Assembly (NCBI GenBank): GCA_038245905.1 | Contig: JBBRRY010000008.1 | Coordinates: forward strand, 1 to 64,000 | Source of the DNA: Thermoanaerobaculia bacterium | GTDB lineage: Bacteria; Acidobacteriota; Thermoanaerobaculia; UBA5066 | DNA length: 64,000 nt | Direction: 5' to 3' | In this document: positions 37,980 through 48,858 of the stretch, piece by piece | Layout of the letters: the number at the start of each line of letters is the position of its first letter | Numbering within the stretch: position 1 is the first letter of the stretch | The notes under the pieces: model-generated | What the model was told of the DNA's origin: nothing | The model's input: only the letters and a program-made list of their open reading frames with translations | Databases searched by the model: none | Position numbers and translations under genes: made by a program

Positions 37980-40022
37980 ATGCGCGCTTCGCGCCCGCTT
38001 CTCTTCCTCTCAGTCCTTCTCGCCGCCTCGCCTCTCGCCTTCGCGGGCGCCGATCCGCCGGCGAAGAGGAAGTTCGGCGTGGACGAGATCTGGGCCGTCG
38101 CGCGTGTCGGAACGCCCGTCCTCTCCCCGGACGGCAAGCGCGTCGCCTACACGGTTGCCGCGTATGACATGGAGGAGAACAAGTCGAACGCCGATGTCTG
38201 GCTGCTCGAGCTCGCCGGCGGCGCGCCGCGGCGCCTGACGACGAACAAGGCGTCGGACACCTCACCGGCGTTCAGCCCCGACGGCCGGCGCCTCCTGTTT
38301 CTCTCCAAGCGCGACGGGGACGCGGCGACGGAGCTCTACGTCCTCCCCATCGACGGCGGGGAGGCGGAGCGCGTCACGGACATGCCGACATCGGTCGCGA
38401 GCGCGAAGTGGTTCCCGGACGGAAAGAAGATCGCCTTCCTCGCGAGCGTCGTGGCCGGCGCCGAGTCCCCCGAGGACACGAAGAAGGCCATCGAGAAGCG
38501 CGAGAAAGACAAGGTCAAGGCGCGCGTCACGGAGAACCGCCTTTATCGCTACTGGGACCACTGGCTCACGGACCAAGAGTTCACGCACCTATTCGTCGTC
38601 GACCTCGCGACGAAGAAAGTCACCGATCTCACGCCCGGGAGCCGCCGGATCCTCGGGCTCGACGAGGGCGGCGCCTTCGACATCGCACCGGACGGTCAGT
38701 CACTCGTCTTCTCGGCAAACAGCGCCCCCGAACCGTACGAGACGCTCAACTGGGACATCTTCCTCGTTCCGGCCGCGGGCGGCGAGGCGCGAAACCTCAC
38801 GCCGTCGCGGAACGTCGACGACACGAATCCCGTTTTTTCTCCCGACGGAAAGACGATTGCCTTCGGCACGCAAGCGAAAGCCGACGGCTGGCCGGACTAC
38901 ACGCGCCTCGCGCTCCTCGACGTCGCGAGCGGCAAGGTCACGCTGCTGACGGAGGGCTGGGAGAACGGAACAGGCGGCTGGACGTTCACGAAGGACGGCA
39001 AGGCGCTCGTCTTCACGGCCGAGGTCCGCGCGCGGACGAGCGTCTACGCCGTGCCCACGGCCGGAGGCGCTCCACGGGAGATCTGGAAGGGCGGCTCGGC
39101 CTCGGGCCCCGTCGTGACGGCGGGCGGCGAGATCGTGTTCCAGCGAAGCGACCTGAATCATCCCCCCGAGCTGGCCTCCGTGAAGCTCGACGGCATGGGA
39201 TTCCGCGCCCTCACGAGCGTCAACGACGCCCGCGTCGCCTCCTGGGATCTCGGCGCCGTGAAGGAGAAGACCTTCGCCGGCGCAAACGGCGAGGACGTGC
39301 AGATGTTCGTCGTGTACCCGCCCGGCTTCGACGCTTCGAAGAAATACCCGCTCGTCCAGCTCGTCCACGGCGGCCCTGTCGGCACGTTCGGGGACGCCTT
39401 CTCGTTTCGATGGAACCCGCACGCCTTCGCCGCGCCGGGGTATGTGGTCGCGATGGTGAACTTCCACGGGTCGTCCAGCTTCGGACAGAAATGGGTCGAG
39501 TCGATCCTTGGCGCGCACCCCGACAAGCCGTTCACGGACGTCATGAAGGCCACGGACTTCCTCGTCGCCGAGGGGAACGTCGACGAGACGCGGTTGGCCG
39601 CGGCCGGAGGCTCGTATGGCGGCTTCCTCGTGAACTGGATCGCGGGCCACACGGACCGCTTCAAGTGCCTCGTGAGCCACGCCGGGGTTTACGACCTCAT
39701 GGCGCAGTTCGCCTCCGACAGCACCTTCGGCCGGCACCACAGCTATGGCGGCTCCCCGTTCCGGAACCGCGACAACGTCGAGAAGTGGAGCCCGAACCGC
39801 TACGCGGAGAATTTCCGGACGCCGGTCCTCATCCTCCATGGCGAACGCGACTATCGCGTGCCCATCGGGCAGGGCCTCGAGTTCTACGGCACGCTCACGG
39901 CGAAAGGCGTCCCCGCGCGGCTCGTCTACTACCCGGACGAAAACCATTGGGTCCTCAAGGGGCAGAACGCGAAGCACTGGTATGGCGAGGTCCACGCCTG
40001 GCTCGCTCGCTGGCTCAAGTGA
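37980..40022 (+). CDS. Exported S9C peptidase (dipeptidyl/acylaminoacyl peptidase) with TolB-like propeller
   Basis: Signal peptide, SPDG repeats, VHGGP, GGSYGG, HGERDYRVP, DENHW. Confidence 0.92.
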   Translation: MRASRPLLFLSVLLAASPLAFAGADPPAKRKFGVDEIWAVARVGTPVLSPDGKRVAYTVAAYDMEENKSNADVWLLELAGGAPRRLTTNKASDTSPAFSPDGRRLLFLSKRDGDAATELYVLPIDGGEAERVTDMPTSVASAKWFPDGKKIAFLASVVAGAESPEDTKKAIEKREKDKVKARVTENRLYRYWDHWLTDQEFTHLFVVDLATKKVTDLTPGSRRILGLDEGGAFDIAPDGQSLVFSANSAPEPYETLNWDIFLVPAAGGEARNLTPSRNVDDTNPVFSPDGKTIAFGTQAKADGWPDYTRLALLDVASGKVTLLTEGWENGTGGWTFTKDGKALVFTAEVRARTSVYAVPTAGGAPREIWKGGSASGPVVTAGGEIVFQRSDLNHPPELASVKLDGMGFRALTSVNDARVASWDLGAVKEKTFAGANGEDVQMFVVYPPGFDASKKYPLVQLVHGGPVGTFGDAFSFRWNPHAFAAPGYVVAMVNFHGSSSFGQKWVESILGAHPDKPFTDVMKATDFLVAEGNVDETRLAAAGGSYGGFLVNWIAGHTDRFKCLVSHAGVYDLMAQFASDSTFGRHHSYGGSPFRNRDNVEKWSPNRYAENFRTPVLILHGERDYRVPIGQGLEFYGTLTAKGVPARLVYYPDENHWVLKGQNAKHWYGEVHAWLARWLK

Positions 40023-40026
40023 CGCC

Positions 40027-40311
40027 GTGAAGTACACGACTCTCGGCCGCACGGGCGTCACGGTCTCGCGGCTCTGCCTCGGCTGCATGAGCTACGGGAC
40101 GCCCGAGTGGCGCCCCTGGATTCTCGACGAGAAGGCGGCACAGCCGTTCTTTCGCCGGGCGATCGAGGCCGGCGTCAACTTCTTCGACACCGCCGACATG
40201 TATTCACTCGGCGTCAGCGAGGAGATCACCGGACGGGCCCTCCGCATGCCGGACGAGATCGGCGCGCTCGAGGCGCCGTATCTCCCGCACGCGGTTCGCG
40301 GCTTCACGTGA
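40027..40311 (+). pseudogene. Aldo/keto reductase with large in-frame internal deletion
   Basis: N-terminus KYTTLGRTGVTVSRLCLGCMSYG...FFDTADMYSLGVSEEITGRALR fused directly to the C-terminus EIGALEAPYLPHAVRGF; only 94 aa. Confidence 0.85.
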
Positions 40312-41147
40312 CGATTCCCATCGGGGCGGCCTGGCTCGGTGGACTCGCGCTTCTGGCAGGTGCTGGAGTCGGATGGGCCGTCCGGGGATTCCTCGCGCGG
40401 CGGACCGACGCCTCGATGCGGGCCCTCGAAGTCGAGCTCAGAAAGAAAGATGAGGAACTGAGTGCGGCGCAGGACCTCCTGGCCGAGACGTCGCTCACGG
40501 ACGCCCTGACCGGCGTGCACAATCAGCGCTTCGTCGACGCCGCGATCGGTATGCTGCTCGCTCCGGCGCGGAGGGCCGCTCGCGAAGGCGATCCGCCCCC
40601 CGACTACGTCGCGCTGATGCTGGCGGAAGTCGACGACTTCGACCGGATCGACGCGGGCGGGCGCGAGGTGGGCGACGCGCTCCTACGCGACACGGCGCGC
40701 TCCCTCCTCCCGTTCGTGCGGGGCGGGACGATCGTCGCGCGCTGGACCGAGACGACGTTCCTGATCGTCGCGCGCATCCGTTTCGCGGGCGAGGCGCGCG
40801 CCCTGGCGGCGCGCCTCAGGACCTCCGTCGCCGCGAACGTGCGCACAGGGAAGGATGCCCGGTCCGTGACGCTCTCTCTGGGTTTTTCGATCGAACCGCT
40901 CTCGCGCGCGCACCCGCATCTCGCGTCGTTTCGCGACCACCTCGCGCTCGTGGATGCCGCTCTCCGGCGGGCGCAGCAGCAGGGGGGCAACCGAGCCGTC
41001 GGCTGGCGGGCGAACGACGAGGCCTTCGAGCGCGCGATCGCCGCGCGCGGAGAAGCTGGCGTCGCGACGCTCCTGCGCACCGATCCCGCCACCGCGGAGG
41101 CCGAAGGGCTGATCAGTCAGGCCGTGGAACGCGGAGAATCCGCGTAG
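40308..41147 (+). CDS. Membrane-anchored degenerate GGDEF domain protein
   Basis: TM plus coiled coil, SLTDALTGVHN, VDDF, GDALL; active-site motif reads RWTETTF rather than GG(D/E)EF. Confidence 0.8.
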   Translation: MTIPIGAAWLGGLALLAGAGVGWAVRGFLARRTDASMRALEVELRKKDEELSAAQDLLAETSLTDALTGVHNQRFVDAAIGMLLAPARRAAREGDPPPDYVALMLAEVDDFDRIDAGGREVGDALLRDTARSLLPFVRGGTIVARWTETTFLIVARIRFAGEARALAARLRTSVAANVRTGKDARSVTLSLGFSIEPLSRAHPHLASFRDHLALVDAALRRAQQQGGNRAVGWRANDEAFERAIAARGEAGVATLLRTDPATAEAEGLISQAVERGESA

Positions 41148-41149
41148 TC

Positions 41150-41953
41150 ATGAAGGCGAGCTCTCTCGCGCTCAACATCGTCGGCACGTTCCTCTGGGCC
41201 CCGATGGCCCTTCTTCTCCTGTCGGCAGCCCGACTGGTCGCGGGCGCCCCCCTGCCGCCGGCACTCGCCCACCCGAAGCCGGGGCCGGTCGATCCTCTCG
41301 CCGATTCCATCTACCAGCGAGGGGACAGGGCCTTCCAGGCGCAGGACTACCGCCGCGCGCTCCCGGACATCTCCGAGGCGGCGCGGCGCGGGAGCCCGAA
41401 GGCGCAGAACGTCCTCGGAATGATGTACGAGGACGGACAGGGCGTGGCGAGAGACCCCGGCAGGGCCCGCGTTTTCTACGAACAGTCCGCGGCGCAGGGC
41501 TATCGCGCGGCGCAGTTTGCGCTCGGCTCCCTCTACGAATACGGAACGGGCGTTCAGAAGAATTCCGAAATGGCCGCCGCTCTCTTCCAGCTCGCCGCCG
41601 AACAGCGCCTGGGAGTGGCCGAGGCCGAGCTCGGCATGCTCTACGAGCTGGGCGAAGGAGTTCCTCGGGACAGGAAGAAGGCGATTTACTGGCTTTCGAT
41701 GTCCGGCTCGCAGGGCGACGGTCGCGCGCAATGGATCGCGGACTGGCTGCGCCGGCCGGAGACGCCGCGCTTCAGAAACGAGCGTGAGTTTGCCTATTAC
41801 ATCGACTCGCAGGTCGCCGCGTACTACTGGTCGCAAATTCCCCAGGAAGGCGGCGTCCATCGCGCGCCCACGTCCTCGTACCAATGCCGCGACAACAACG
41901 TGAGCTTAAGGTGGTCCGCGACTTGCGCCGCCTTGAAGCGCGAAGGAAGGTGA
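41150..41953 (+). CDS. Exported Sel1-repeat protein
   Basis: Three repeats: AQNVLGMMYEDGQGV, AQFALGSLYEYGTGV, AEAELGMLYELGEGV. Confidence 0.9.
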   Translation: MKASSLALNIVGTFLWAPMALLLLSAARLVAGAPLPPALAHPKPGPVDPLADSIYQRGDRAFQAQDYRRALPDISEAARRGSPKAQNVLGMMYEDGQGVARDPGRARVFYEQSAAQGYRAAQFALGSLYEYGTGVQKNSEMAAALFQLAAEQRLGVAEAELGMLYELGEGVPRDRKKAIYWLSMSGSQGDGRAQWIADWLRRPETPRFRNEREFAYYIDSQVAAYYWSQIPQEGGVHRAPTSSYQCRDNNVSLRWSATCAALKREGR

Positions 41954-41954
41954 G

Positions 41955-42929
41955 TCAGCCCGGCAGGATCAGGACCTTGCCCGATGTCTCGCGCGCCTCG
42001 AGCGCGCGGTGCGCCGCTCCGGCCTCGACGAGCGGGAACGTGCGATCGATCCGGACCGGCAGCGATCCGTCCTTCACCCAAGCGAGGACGTCGCCCGCGC
42101 GCGCGAGAAGCTCGTCGCGCGATGCCGCGTAGTGGAAAAGGGAAGGCCGCGTCAGGAACACGGACCCCTTCGCGTTCAGGACTTGCGGGTCGAGCGGTCC
42201 CGCGGGACCGCTCGACTGTCCGAAGAGAGCCATCGTGCCTCGCGGCGCGAGGACGTCGAGGCCCTTCTCGAACGTCGTCTTCCCGACCGAGTCGTAGACG
42301 ACCTGCACGCCCTTCCCGTCCGTGAGGCGTTTCGTCTCGGCGACGAAATCGACCTGCGTGTAGAGGATGACCTCGTCGGCGCCGGCCTTCCGCGCGAGCG
42401 CGGCCTTGGCCTCGGTCGAGACCGTGCCGATGACGCGCGCTCCGCGGCGTTTCGCGATCGCGCAAAGAAGCAGCCCGACGCCGCCGGCTGCCGCATGGAC
42501 GAGGCACGTGTCGCCGGGGCCGAGCGGCCGCGTGGACGTCGCGAGGTAGTGGGCGGTCATGCCCTGGAGCATCACGGCGGCGGCTTGCCGCGTCGAGACG
42601 TCGTCCGGAATCGGGACGAGCCGGTTCGCGGCGACGAGAGTCTTCTCGGCGTACGCGCCTTGCGCGTTGAAGGTCGCGACGCGGTCGCCAGGCTTCACCG
42701 ACGTGACGTCAGGGCCGACGGCTTCCACCACGCCTGCGACTTCGCCCCCCGGCGTGAACGGATACGCCGCAGGCTTGTAAAGGCCGACTCGAAAGTAGAC
42801 TTCGATGAAGTTGAGGCCGATCGCTTCGACGCGGACGAGCGCCTCGCCGTCCTTCGGAGACGGAACAGCGATTTCTTCGAGACGCAAAGCCTCGGGACCA
42901 CCGGGAGCGGAAACGCGAATCGCTTTCAT
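41955..42929 (-). CDS. qor: NADPH:quinone oxidoreductase (zeta-crystallin/MDR family)
   Basis: [43 protein letters not shown]. Confidence 0.9.
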   Translation of the reverse strand: MKAIRVSAPGGPEALRLEEIAVPSPKDGEALVRVEAIGLNFIEVYFRVGLYKPAAYPFTPGGEVAGVVEAVGPDVTSVKPGDRVATFNAQGAYAEKTLVAANRLVPIPDDVSTRQAAAVMLQGMTAHYLATSTRPLGPGDTCLVHAAAGGVGLLLCAIAKRRGARVIGTVSTEAKAALARKAGADEVILYTQVDFVAETKRLTDGKGVQVVYDSVGKTTFEKGLDVLAPRGTMALFGQSSGPAGPLDPQVLNAKGSVFLTRPSLFHYAASRDELLARAGDVLAWVKDGSLPVRIDRTFPLVEAGAAHRALEARETSGKVLILPG

Positions 42930-42969
42930 GCCGGGAAGTCTACGGCGTGCGGGCCGGGCTCCGAGAGCG

Positions 42970-45900
42970 CTACTGGAACACGCCGTTCACGTCGAGGACG
43001 ACGTCGACGGTTCCCGCCGTCGTGTTCCAGATCCAGAACGAGCCGTCCGGCGCCAGCTTGACCATCGCGTTGTTCGCGCGCACCTGTCCCCGCCGGATCG
43101 AAACGGTGTTGGCGTTCGGCGGCGTGGCGAGGTCGCCCGAGTAGACGACGACGGATCCCTCGGCATCCAGCGACAGGACCGTGACGTTCGCCGAGAGCGC
43201 CACCATCCCGGACGGGACGCCACACACTCCATTCGCGACGTACTTTCGCCCGGAGGCGGGGCCGATCGAGGGACCTCCCGCCGGGACGCTTCGGGTGTCG
43301 AGGAGGCGGCAGGGGGCGAGCGTGTTGAACCCGCCGCACGTGGCGGCGACCGGGACGGGCACGGACGAGGAGGAAACACAGCCGGCCACCGAGACGACGA
43401 CCGCGACGGTCGTCATGCCGGCGGCCGAGACGCTGAACGCGATGGAGGGCGACCCCTGCCCGGAGCCGATCGTCCCGTTCGTGACCGTCCAGGCGTACGT
43501 CGCGCCCGCTCCGGCGTTCAAAACCGAGGCGGTCCCGGACGCGGCGTTCGGGAGACAGAGGCTCGAGGGCGCCGTAATCGCTGCGGACGAGCCGTTCACG
43601 ACGGCCGAAATCACGCCCCCGGGGCCCGTGCACCCGTTCACGGTCGCCGTGACGAGATAGACACCGCTCGCACCGGGAGACACGTTCGCGATCGCTGGAT
43701 TCTGGAGCGACGACCTGAAGCCGTTCGGCCCCGTCCACGCATAGGTCGCGTTCACGATCGTCTGGGCGGTCAGGGCGAGCGTTCCACCGGCGCAGACCGG
43801 GCCTCCCGTTCCCGCGACGGGCGCGGCGGGCGGCGCGTTGACGGTCACGGCCGTGCTCGCGGCCGTCGAACATCCGTTGACGGTCGCGATCACGACGTAC
43901 GTTCCGGCCGCGGCGGCCGTGACGTTCGGGACCGTTGGATTCTGGAGCGAGGACGTGAACCCGTTCGGGCCCGTCCAGGCGTACGTCGCATTCGCAACCG
44001 GAGCGGCCGTCAGGGAAAGCGTTCCGCCCGGGCAGACCGGGCCACTGTTGCCAGCCGTCGGCACGGGCGGCGAAGGATTGACGACGCCCGGAGTCTCGGA
44101 CGTGGACGTCTGCCCCGAGAACGTGCGGACGACCGTGTACATGCCCGAAGCCGCGGGCGTCGCGAAAGGCACCGTCGGGTTCTGCAGCGTGGACGAGAAG
44201 CCGTTCGGGCCCGTCCACGCGAGGGTCGCGCCCGAGAAGGTGGGCGCCGCGAAAAGCGCGAGAGACGAACCGGCGCAGACGGCGCCGCCGTTCGAGGCAA
44301 TGACCGGCGGCGCGGCGACGGCGAACGTGACGCTCGCGCCGATCGCGTATCCGCCGAGCGTGATCGTGAAGGTGCCGGGAGCCGTGAACTGGAACGCCGT
44401 GCCCTGGCATCCCGTACCGGAGCACCCCGTGGGCGAGGCCGACGAGCCGAAGTTCCAGATCGTGGAGACGGGCGGGGTCGCGTCGACCGAGCCGCTGACG
44501 ACGGCGTAGACCGTGATCGTGTCTCCGAGGCTCACCGGAATTCCGTCGGAGCAGCCGCCGCCGGCTCCGATGCAGGGGGCGAGGCCGTTCACGCGGACCG
44601 TGATCACGGGCGGCGCGGGCGTCACGACGATCGGCCAGGCGGCCGGATCGGAGACGCCGGACACGGACGGCGTCCAGTACGTCACGATCGGGGACGCGCA
44701 CGAGCCCGTCGACGTGTACGAATAGCGGATGCGAAGCCAGTAGGTGCCCGCCGTCGACGGCACCGGAACCGTAGCCGTCAGACCGCCACCGAGAGGGCTC
44801 ATCGCGAGCGGCGACCAGCTCCCGGCGGCGCACGTGCCCGCGCCGGCGTTGCACAGGCTGTATTCGAGGCCCGATCCGCACGCGGAGGCGCCCGACGCCA
44901 CACGGGACGTGTCCGTCACCGAGACCGAGGTCCCCGCCACGACCGTCGTCGCGATGCCGGTGAAGACGAGCGAGACGTCGGTGACGGCAATCGTTCCGAG
45001 GCTTCGGGTGCAAGGGCTGCCGCAGTCGGGACTCGTGTAGCCGGTGGGATACGGCACGGTCAGCCAGTAGTAGTACGTGCCCTTCGCACCGAAATTGTGG
45101 TTGCAGGACGCGGCCGTGCACGTCGCGTCGAGCGCCAGCGACGCCGGGCTCGATCCGAAGTACCACTTGTAGCCCGAGGCCAGCGGCGTCCCGTCGGAAC
45201 CGCTCACGACCGGGTTGCCGAGGAGAATGCTCGGATTCTGCAGCCGGACGGACGGCACCTTCCACGTGATCGGAAACGCCTTCGTGTTTCCAGGGCCGAG
45301 ATCGTTCGCGGCCTCGAGCGCGAGACGAAGCGATGCCGTCGCGCCGGCGGCCGCGCTCGCGACGAAGTCGCCGTTCGCCGTCGCCGAGGCCCAACAGCCC
45401 GCTCCGGTCGACGGCACTCCGCCGTTGCGCGGGTCGCACGGCCCGTAAAGAGCGATCGTCGCGGGGAGAGCCGCTGGAGACGCGAGGTCGGGGTTCCGCA
45501 AACGGGGAAATGAACCGTTGTCCTCGGCCGCATGCCAGTCGAAATCGAAGCGCCATGCCGTGAGGGCGTGAAGAGAAACGGCGCTCGGCGCGATCCGGAG
45601 CTTCGTGCCGACGAACACCGGGTCATCGGGACTCAGGGGGCACGGGCTCGCCCCCGGGCACGTATCGTATTGCACCTGAATGTCGTCGACGGGAGGAGCG
45701 GGCACCGTCACGCAGGTCATCGGGATCACGTAGGCGGACAGGGCGGTCGGGACATACGCGTAGATCGTGTCTCCGGCGCCCGCGAGCCCGCGCATGTAGT
45801 AGTTCAGTCCGAACGCCGGATACGTCGCCGAGTCGAGGTCGACCTGGCCCGGCGTCACGCTTCCCCATGCGGCCACGTTCGTGGAAAACAACCGGTAGAG

Positions 45901-46965
45901 GACGCCCGACCCGGCCCTCTTCGCCCACATCAGAGCCGTCAGGCTGCTGCCGCTCGCGACGAGCGCCGAAACGCCGCCTCCCGCCCACGTCTCGCCGGAC
46001 GGCTGCGGAATCAGGAAAGGCTGGCCGACCACCGTCTTGACTCCGCCCTTCACGGAAACGAGCGCGTATGCGACGGGATTCGAAAGCTCGATGAGGACCC
46101 AGAGCTTTGCGGGGTCCGTCGGATCCATCGCCGCGCTCAGCGACGTAGGCGTGTTCCCTCCAAGGTCGCTGCTCGAGATCGTGACGAGGCCGAAGCTTCC
46201 GGAGATGCTGCCGATCGGGCCGGGATTCGACGCATCCACGATCCGGATCGTGTCCTGGTTGAGATAGACGACGTTGTTTCCCGCGAGCGTGAGAAACACG
46301 CCGCCGGGGCCCGCGACCTCGGAGGGCAAGTTCACGGCGGCCATGGGTCCGGGAAGATTCGAGATGTCGGCCACGGTCAGCGAACCCGGCGCAATCCGGG
46401 AAGAGCCGACCAACGCATACGCGATGTACCGGTTCGAGATCTTCTGGACGACCATTCCGCCCGCGTTACGCGGCGAGAAGCCGCCCGTCACGTTGTTGAA
46501 CCCGCTCGCGGCCGCCGTGGCCGCGACGGAGTCGTAGTCCGGTGCGGCATTCCCGTTAAGCCCGAGAGCAAGACGCTGGCCGTCGGCCGACACGCCGATC
46601 GAACCGACGTAGCTCTGGCCGTCGCCGGCGTAGGGCACCTCGCCCGAGTTGATCATGTTGCGGTAGAGGATGGCGCTCGGGCTGGCCGGATTCGAGAGAT
46701 CGAGAATCGAATAGCCGAACGATTCCTGCATCAGCATGCGCGGGCTCCCGCCCACCTGGTAAATCTGCAGGTCGTAATTCTTCGCCGAGTTCAGACCGAA
46801 CGGCCTCGAAGCACCGGGAGGGTTCGGCTCAAAAGAGAGGGGCGCGGAGTTCAGCGTGCACTGTGCGGCGGCCCGATCGGCCGGAACGCAAAGCAGCGCA
46901 GCGCCGCAAGGAATCAGGGCGAGCAGGAGCCTCCCGGCGCGAGACTTGTTCGATTCTTGCCGCAT
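42970..46965 (-). CDS. Large Cys-rich exported/surface protein: propeller-like N-terminus, PKD/Ig-like repeats, shared C-terminal domain
   Basis: Signal peptide; three WTGPNGFxSxLQNP Ig-like repeats; C-terminal [13 protein letters not shown]...DVNGVFQ. Confidence 0.85.
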   Translation of the reverse strand: MRQESNKSRAGRLLLALIPCGAALLCVPADRAAAQCTLNSAPLSFEPNPPGASRPFGLNSAKNYDLQIYQVGGSPRMLMQESFGYSILDLSNPASPSAILYRNMINSGEVPYAGDGQSYVGSIGVSADGQRLALGLNGNAAPDYDSVAATAAASGFNNVTGGFSPRNAGGMVVQKISNRYIAYALVGSSRIAPGSLTVADISNLPGPMAAVNLPSEVAGPGGVFLTLAGNNVVYLNQDTIRIVDASNPGPIGSISGSFGLVTISSSDLGGNTPTSLSAAMDPTDPAKLWVLIELSNPVAYALVSVKGGVKTVVGQPFLIPQPSGETWAGGGVSALVASGSSLTALMWAKRAGSGVLYRLFSTNVAAWGSVTPGQVDLDSATYPAFGLNYYMRGLAGAGDTIYAYVPTALSAYVIPMTCVTVPAPPVDDIQVQYDTCPGASPCPLSPDDPVFVGTKLRIAPSAVSLHALTAWRFDFDWHAAEDNGSFPRLRNPDLASPAALPATIALYGPCDPRNGGVPSTGAGCWASATANGDFVASAAAGATASLRLALEAANDLGPGNTKAFPITWKVPSVRLQNPSILLGNPVVSGSDGTPLASGYKWYFGSSPASLALDATCTAASCNHNFGAKGTYYYWLTVPYPTGYTSPDCGSPCTRSLGTIAVTDVSLVFTGIATTVVAGTSVSVTDTSRVASGASACGSGLEYSLCNAGAGTCAAGSWSPLAMSPLGGGLTATVPVPSTAGTYWLRIRYSYTSTGSCASPIVTYWTPSVSGVSDPAAWPIVVTPAPPVITVRVNGLAPCIGAGGGCSDGIPVSLGDTITVYAVVSGSVDATPPVSTIWNFGSSASPTGCSGTGCQGTAFQFTAPGTFTITLGGYAIGASVTFAVAAPPVIASNGGAVCAGSSLALFAAPTFSGATLAWTGPNGFSSTLQNPTVPFATPAASGMYTVVRTFSGQTSTSETPGVVNPSPPVPTAGNSGPVCPGGTLSLTAAPVANATYAWTGPNGFTSSLQNPTVPNVTAAAAGTYVVIATVNGCSTAASTAVTVNAPPAAPVAGTGGPVCAGGTLALTAQTIVNATYAWTGPNGFRSSLQNPAIANVSPGASGVYLVTATVNGCTGPGGVISAVVNGSSAAITAPSSLCLPNAASGTASVLNAGAGATYAWTVTNGTIGSGQGSPSIAFSVSAAGMTTVAVVVSVAGCVSSSSVPVPVAATCGGFNTLAPCRLLDTRSVPAGGPSIGPASGRKYVANGVCGVPSGMVALSANVTVLSLDAEGSVVVYSGDLATPPNANTVSIRRGQVRANNAMVKLAPDGSFWIWNTTAGTVDVVLDVNGVFQ
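43590..44310 (-). repeat. Three tandem ~80-aa Ig-like coding repeats (boundaries approximate)
   Basis: GxVCxGxxLxLxA...[18 protein letters not shown]...GxYxV repeated three times; DNA repeat CCGTTCGG.CCCGTCCA. Confidence 0.85.
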
Positions 46966-46990
46966 TTCCGTGGACAACAATGAGTTGAAG

Positions 46991-47005
46991 GCAAGCTCGA
47001 TGCCA
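46991..47005 (-). promoter_or_regulatory. Putative sigma54 (-24/-12) promoter of the large surface protein
   Basis: Minus strand TGGCATCGAGCTTGC matches TGGCAC-N5-TTGC spacing, 25 nt upstream of the ATG; about 210 bp of non-coding DNA upstream. Confidence 0.65.
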
Positions 47006-47214
47006 TGCTATGGACCCCGGCGTCCAGGCCATTTCGGTCGTCGCACGATGACTCATGGTCGCCCGGAAACCGGCCGATGGCGATATGCGTGAAACAACAT
47101 GAGGATCCCTGTGAGACCACTCACCATTCTCAGCCCCTAACGGTCCGACATTTCTTGGTGCGCCGACCTCCGAAACCGACGAAAAGTGGGTGCCGGCGGA
47201 CAAGTGGCTGCCCC

Positions 47215-48858
47215 CTACTCAAACCAGCCGTTCACGTCCACGATCACGTCGAGGGAGCCTGTCGCGCTGCTCGCGATCTTGAAGGCACCCGACCCATCCG
47301 ATGCGAGGCCGATGAGGGCGTTGTTCGCGCGCGTCTGTCCGGTGCGGAAGGCGAGCGTCAGCGCGTTCGGGGCCGCCGGGAGATCGCCGGGGTAAAGGAC
47401 CAGCGTCCCCGCGGCAGCCGTGTTCGTGACGGTCACGTTCGCCGAGACGGATCCGGCGCTTGCCGGAATCCCGCACACCCCTGGCGCGACAAAACGCCGG
47501 GTCTCCCCCGCCGCGAGGGTGGCCGCCGCAATGCGGGTGTCGAAGGCACGGCACGGGGGGAGGGGATGGAACGCGAAGCCGCTCTTGACGATCGCGAACG
47601 AATCCCGGACGACGCCGTCGACGCGTAGGAAGCGCGCGTCGAGACGCGCCCCGTTCACGTCGATCACGAGCGAGCCGCGTTCGGCGAAGCCGCGAAGCAT
47701 TGCCGGGTGGTTCAGCGCCCCGCTCCCGAGCTGGCCGCCGCTCCCCGCGACGACGTAGACGGTCCCCGCGTGCGGCGTCCGCGCCGCGGGCTTGCGGTAG
47801 GCACCGGCCGCCGCCGGGTCTCCCGTCCCTCCGTCCTTCTTCATGCTCGCCGTAAACGTCGTCGAATCCCCGTAGTGCCCGTCGATGAGGTACGAGCGCT
47901 CGTAGACGTGCGAGTGGCCGCAGAGGACGAGATCGACGCCGCCGGCCTCGAGAACCGGATTCACGAACTGGCGCATCTCGACGAGCTCCGTCTCCGTGTC
48001 GGAGTCGTGCGTCCCCTTCGTGTATGGCGGGTGGTGCCAGTACGCGACGATCCACGTCTGGGCGGTCGCCGCGAGATCGGCCGCGAGCCAGGTGAGCATC
48101 GGGCCGCCAGGAAGCCGGCTCACGTCGTATGCGTCGAGGCAGACGAAGTGCACGTTGCCCGCGTCGAAAGAGTAGTACGCCTCCGAGCCCGAGGCGACGC
48201 CGCCGGCCTCGGCGGCCTTCGGAAGCCGGAAGATGTCGAAGTAGACGCCCGTGCCCGCGCTCCCGTTCGCCGAGCCGCCGTCGTGGTTCCCGAAGGCAGG
48301 CCAGAGCGGCATCGACGCGAGAAGGTTTGGAAACGTTCCGAAGACGGCGGCCTGGTATTCGGCGTCCGTGCCCGCGACGTATGCGTTGTCGCCGAGCATG
48401 AGCCACAAGTCCGCCGGGCGGGCTCCGGCGTACGCGAGATACGCGTCGCGAACGGCGCGTGCGTTCGCGTCCGCGGTGCCGGAGTCCCCGACGGCCCAGA
48501 TCCTGAGCGGCGTCGCCGCCCCGGTAAGAGGCGGCGTCACGAACGAGGCCGGCGGACCCGGGCCGAGGACGCCCGAGGCGGTGCCGATCGTGTAGGTGTA
48601 GCGCGTGCGGGGTGCGAGACCCGTGACAGCGACCGCATGCTCGGTCGCGAGGGCGGGATCCGAGAAGACGAGGGTCAGCGAGGCCGGATTCGTCCCCGCG
48701 AAGACGCGTCCGTCCGCGGGGACGTCCGTGCGCCAGCACACGATGACGGAGGACGGCGTCGCGGTCTGAAGGTACGGCCCTCGCGTGACGGCGAGCGCGA
48801 GCGCGCCATGCGCCGCGAGCGAAAGGCCCGCGAGGACGGCGCATCGGAGTCCGCGCAC
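47215..48858 (-). CDS. Exported purple-acid-phosphatase-like metallophosphoesterase with shared C-terminal domain
   Basis: GTG start overlapping the upstream TAG; signal peptide; RGPYLQ, GDSG, LGDNAY, GNHD, HHPPY, GHSH; C-terminal FHPLPPCRAFDTR...DVNGWFE. Confidence 0.9.
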   Translation of the reverse strand: MRGLRCAVLAGLSLAAHGALALAVTRGPYLQTATPSSVIVCWRTDVPADGRVFAGTNPASLTLVFSDPALATEHAVAVTGLAPRTRYTYTIGTASGVLGPGPPASFVTPPLTGAATPLRIWAVGDSGTADANARAVRDAYLAYAGARPADLWLMLGDNAYVAGTDAEYQAAVFGTFPNLLASMPLWPAFGNHDGGSANGSAGTGVYFDIFRLPKAAEAGGVASGSEAYYSFDAGNVHFVCLDAYDVSRLPGGPMLTWLAADLAATAQTWIVAYWHHPPYTKGTHDSDTETELVEMRQFVNPVLEAGGVDLVLCGHSHVYERSYLIDGHYGDSTTFTASMKKDGGTGDPAAAGAYRKPAARTPHAGTVYVVAGSGGQLGSGALNHPAMLRGFAERGSLVIDVNGARLDARFLRVDGVVRDSFAIVKSGFAFHPLPPCRAFDTRIAAATLAAGETRRFVAPGVCGIPASAGSVSANVTVTNTAAAGTLVLYPGDLPAAPNALTLAFRTGQTRANNALIGLASDGSGAFKIASSATGSLDVIVDVNGWFE

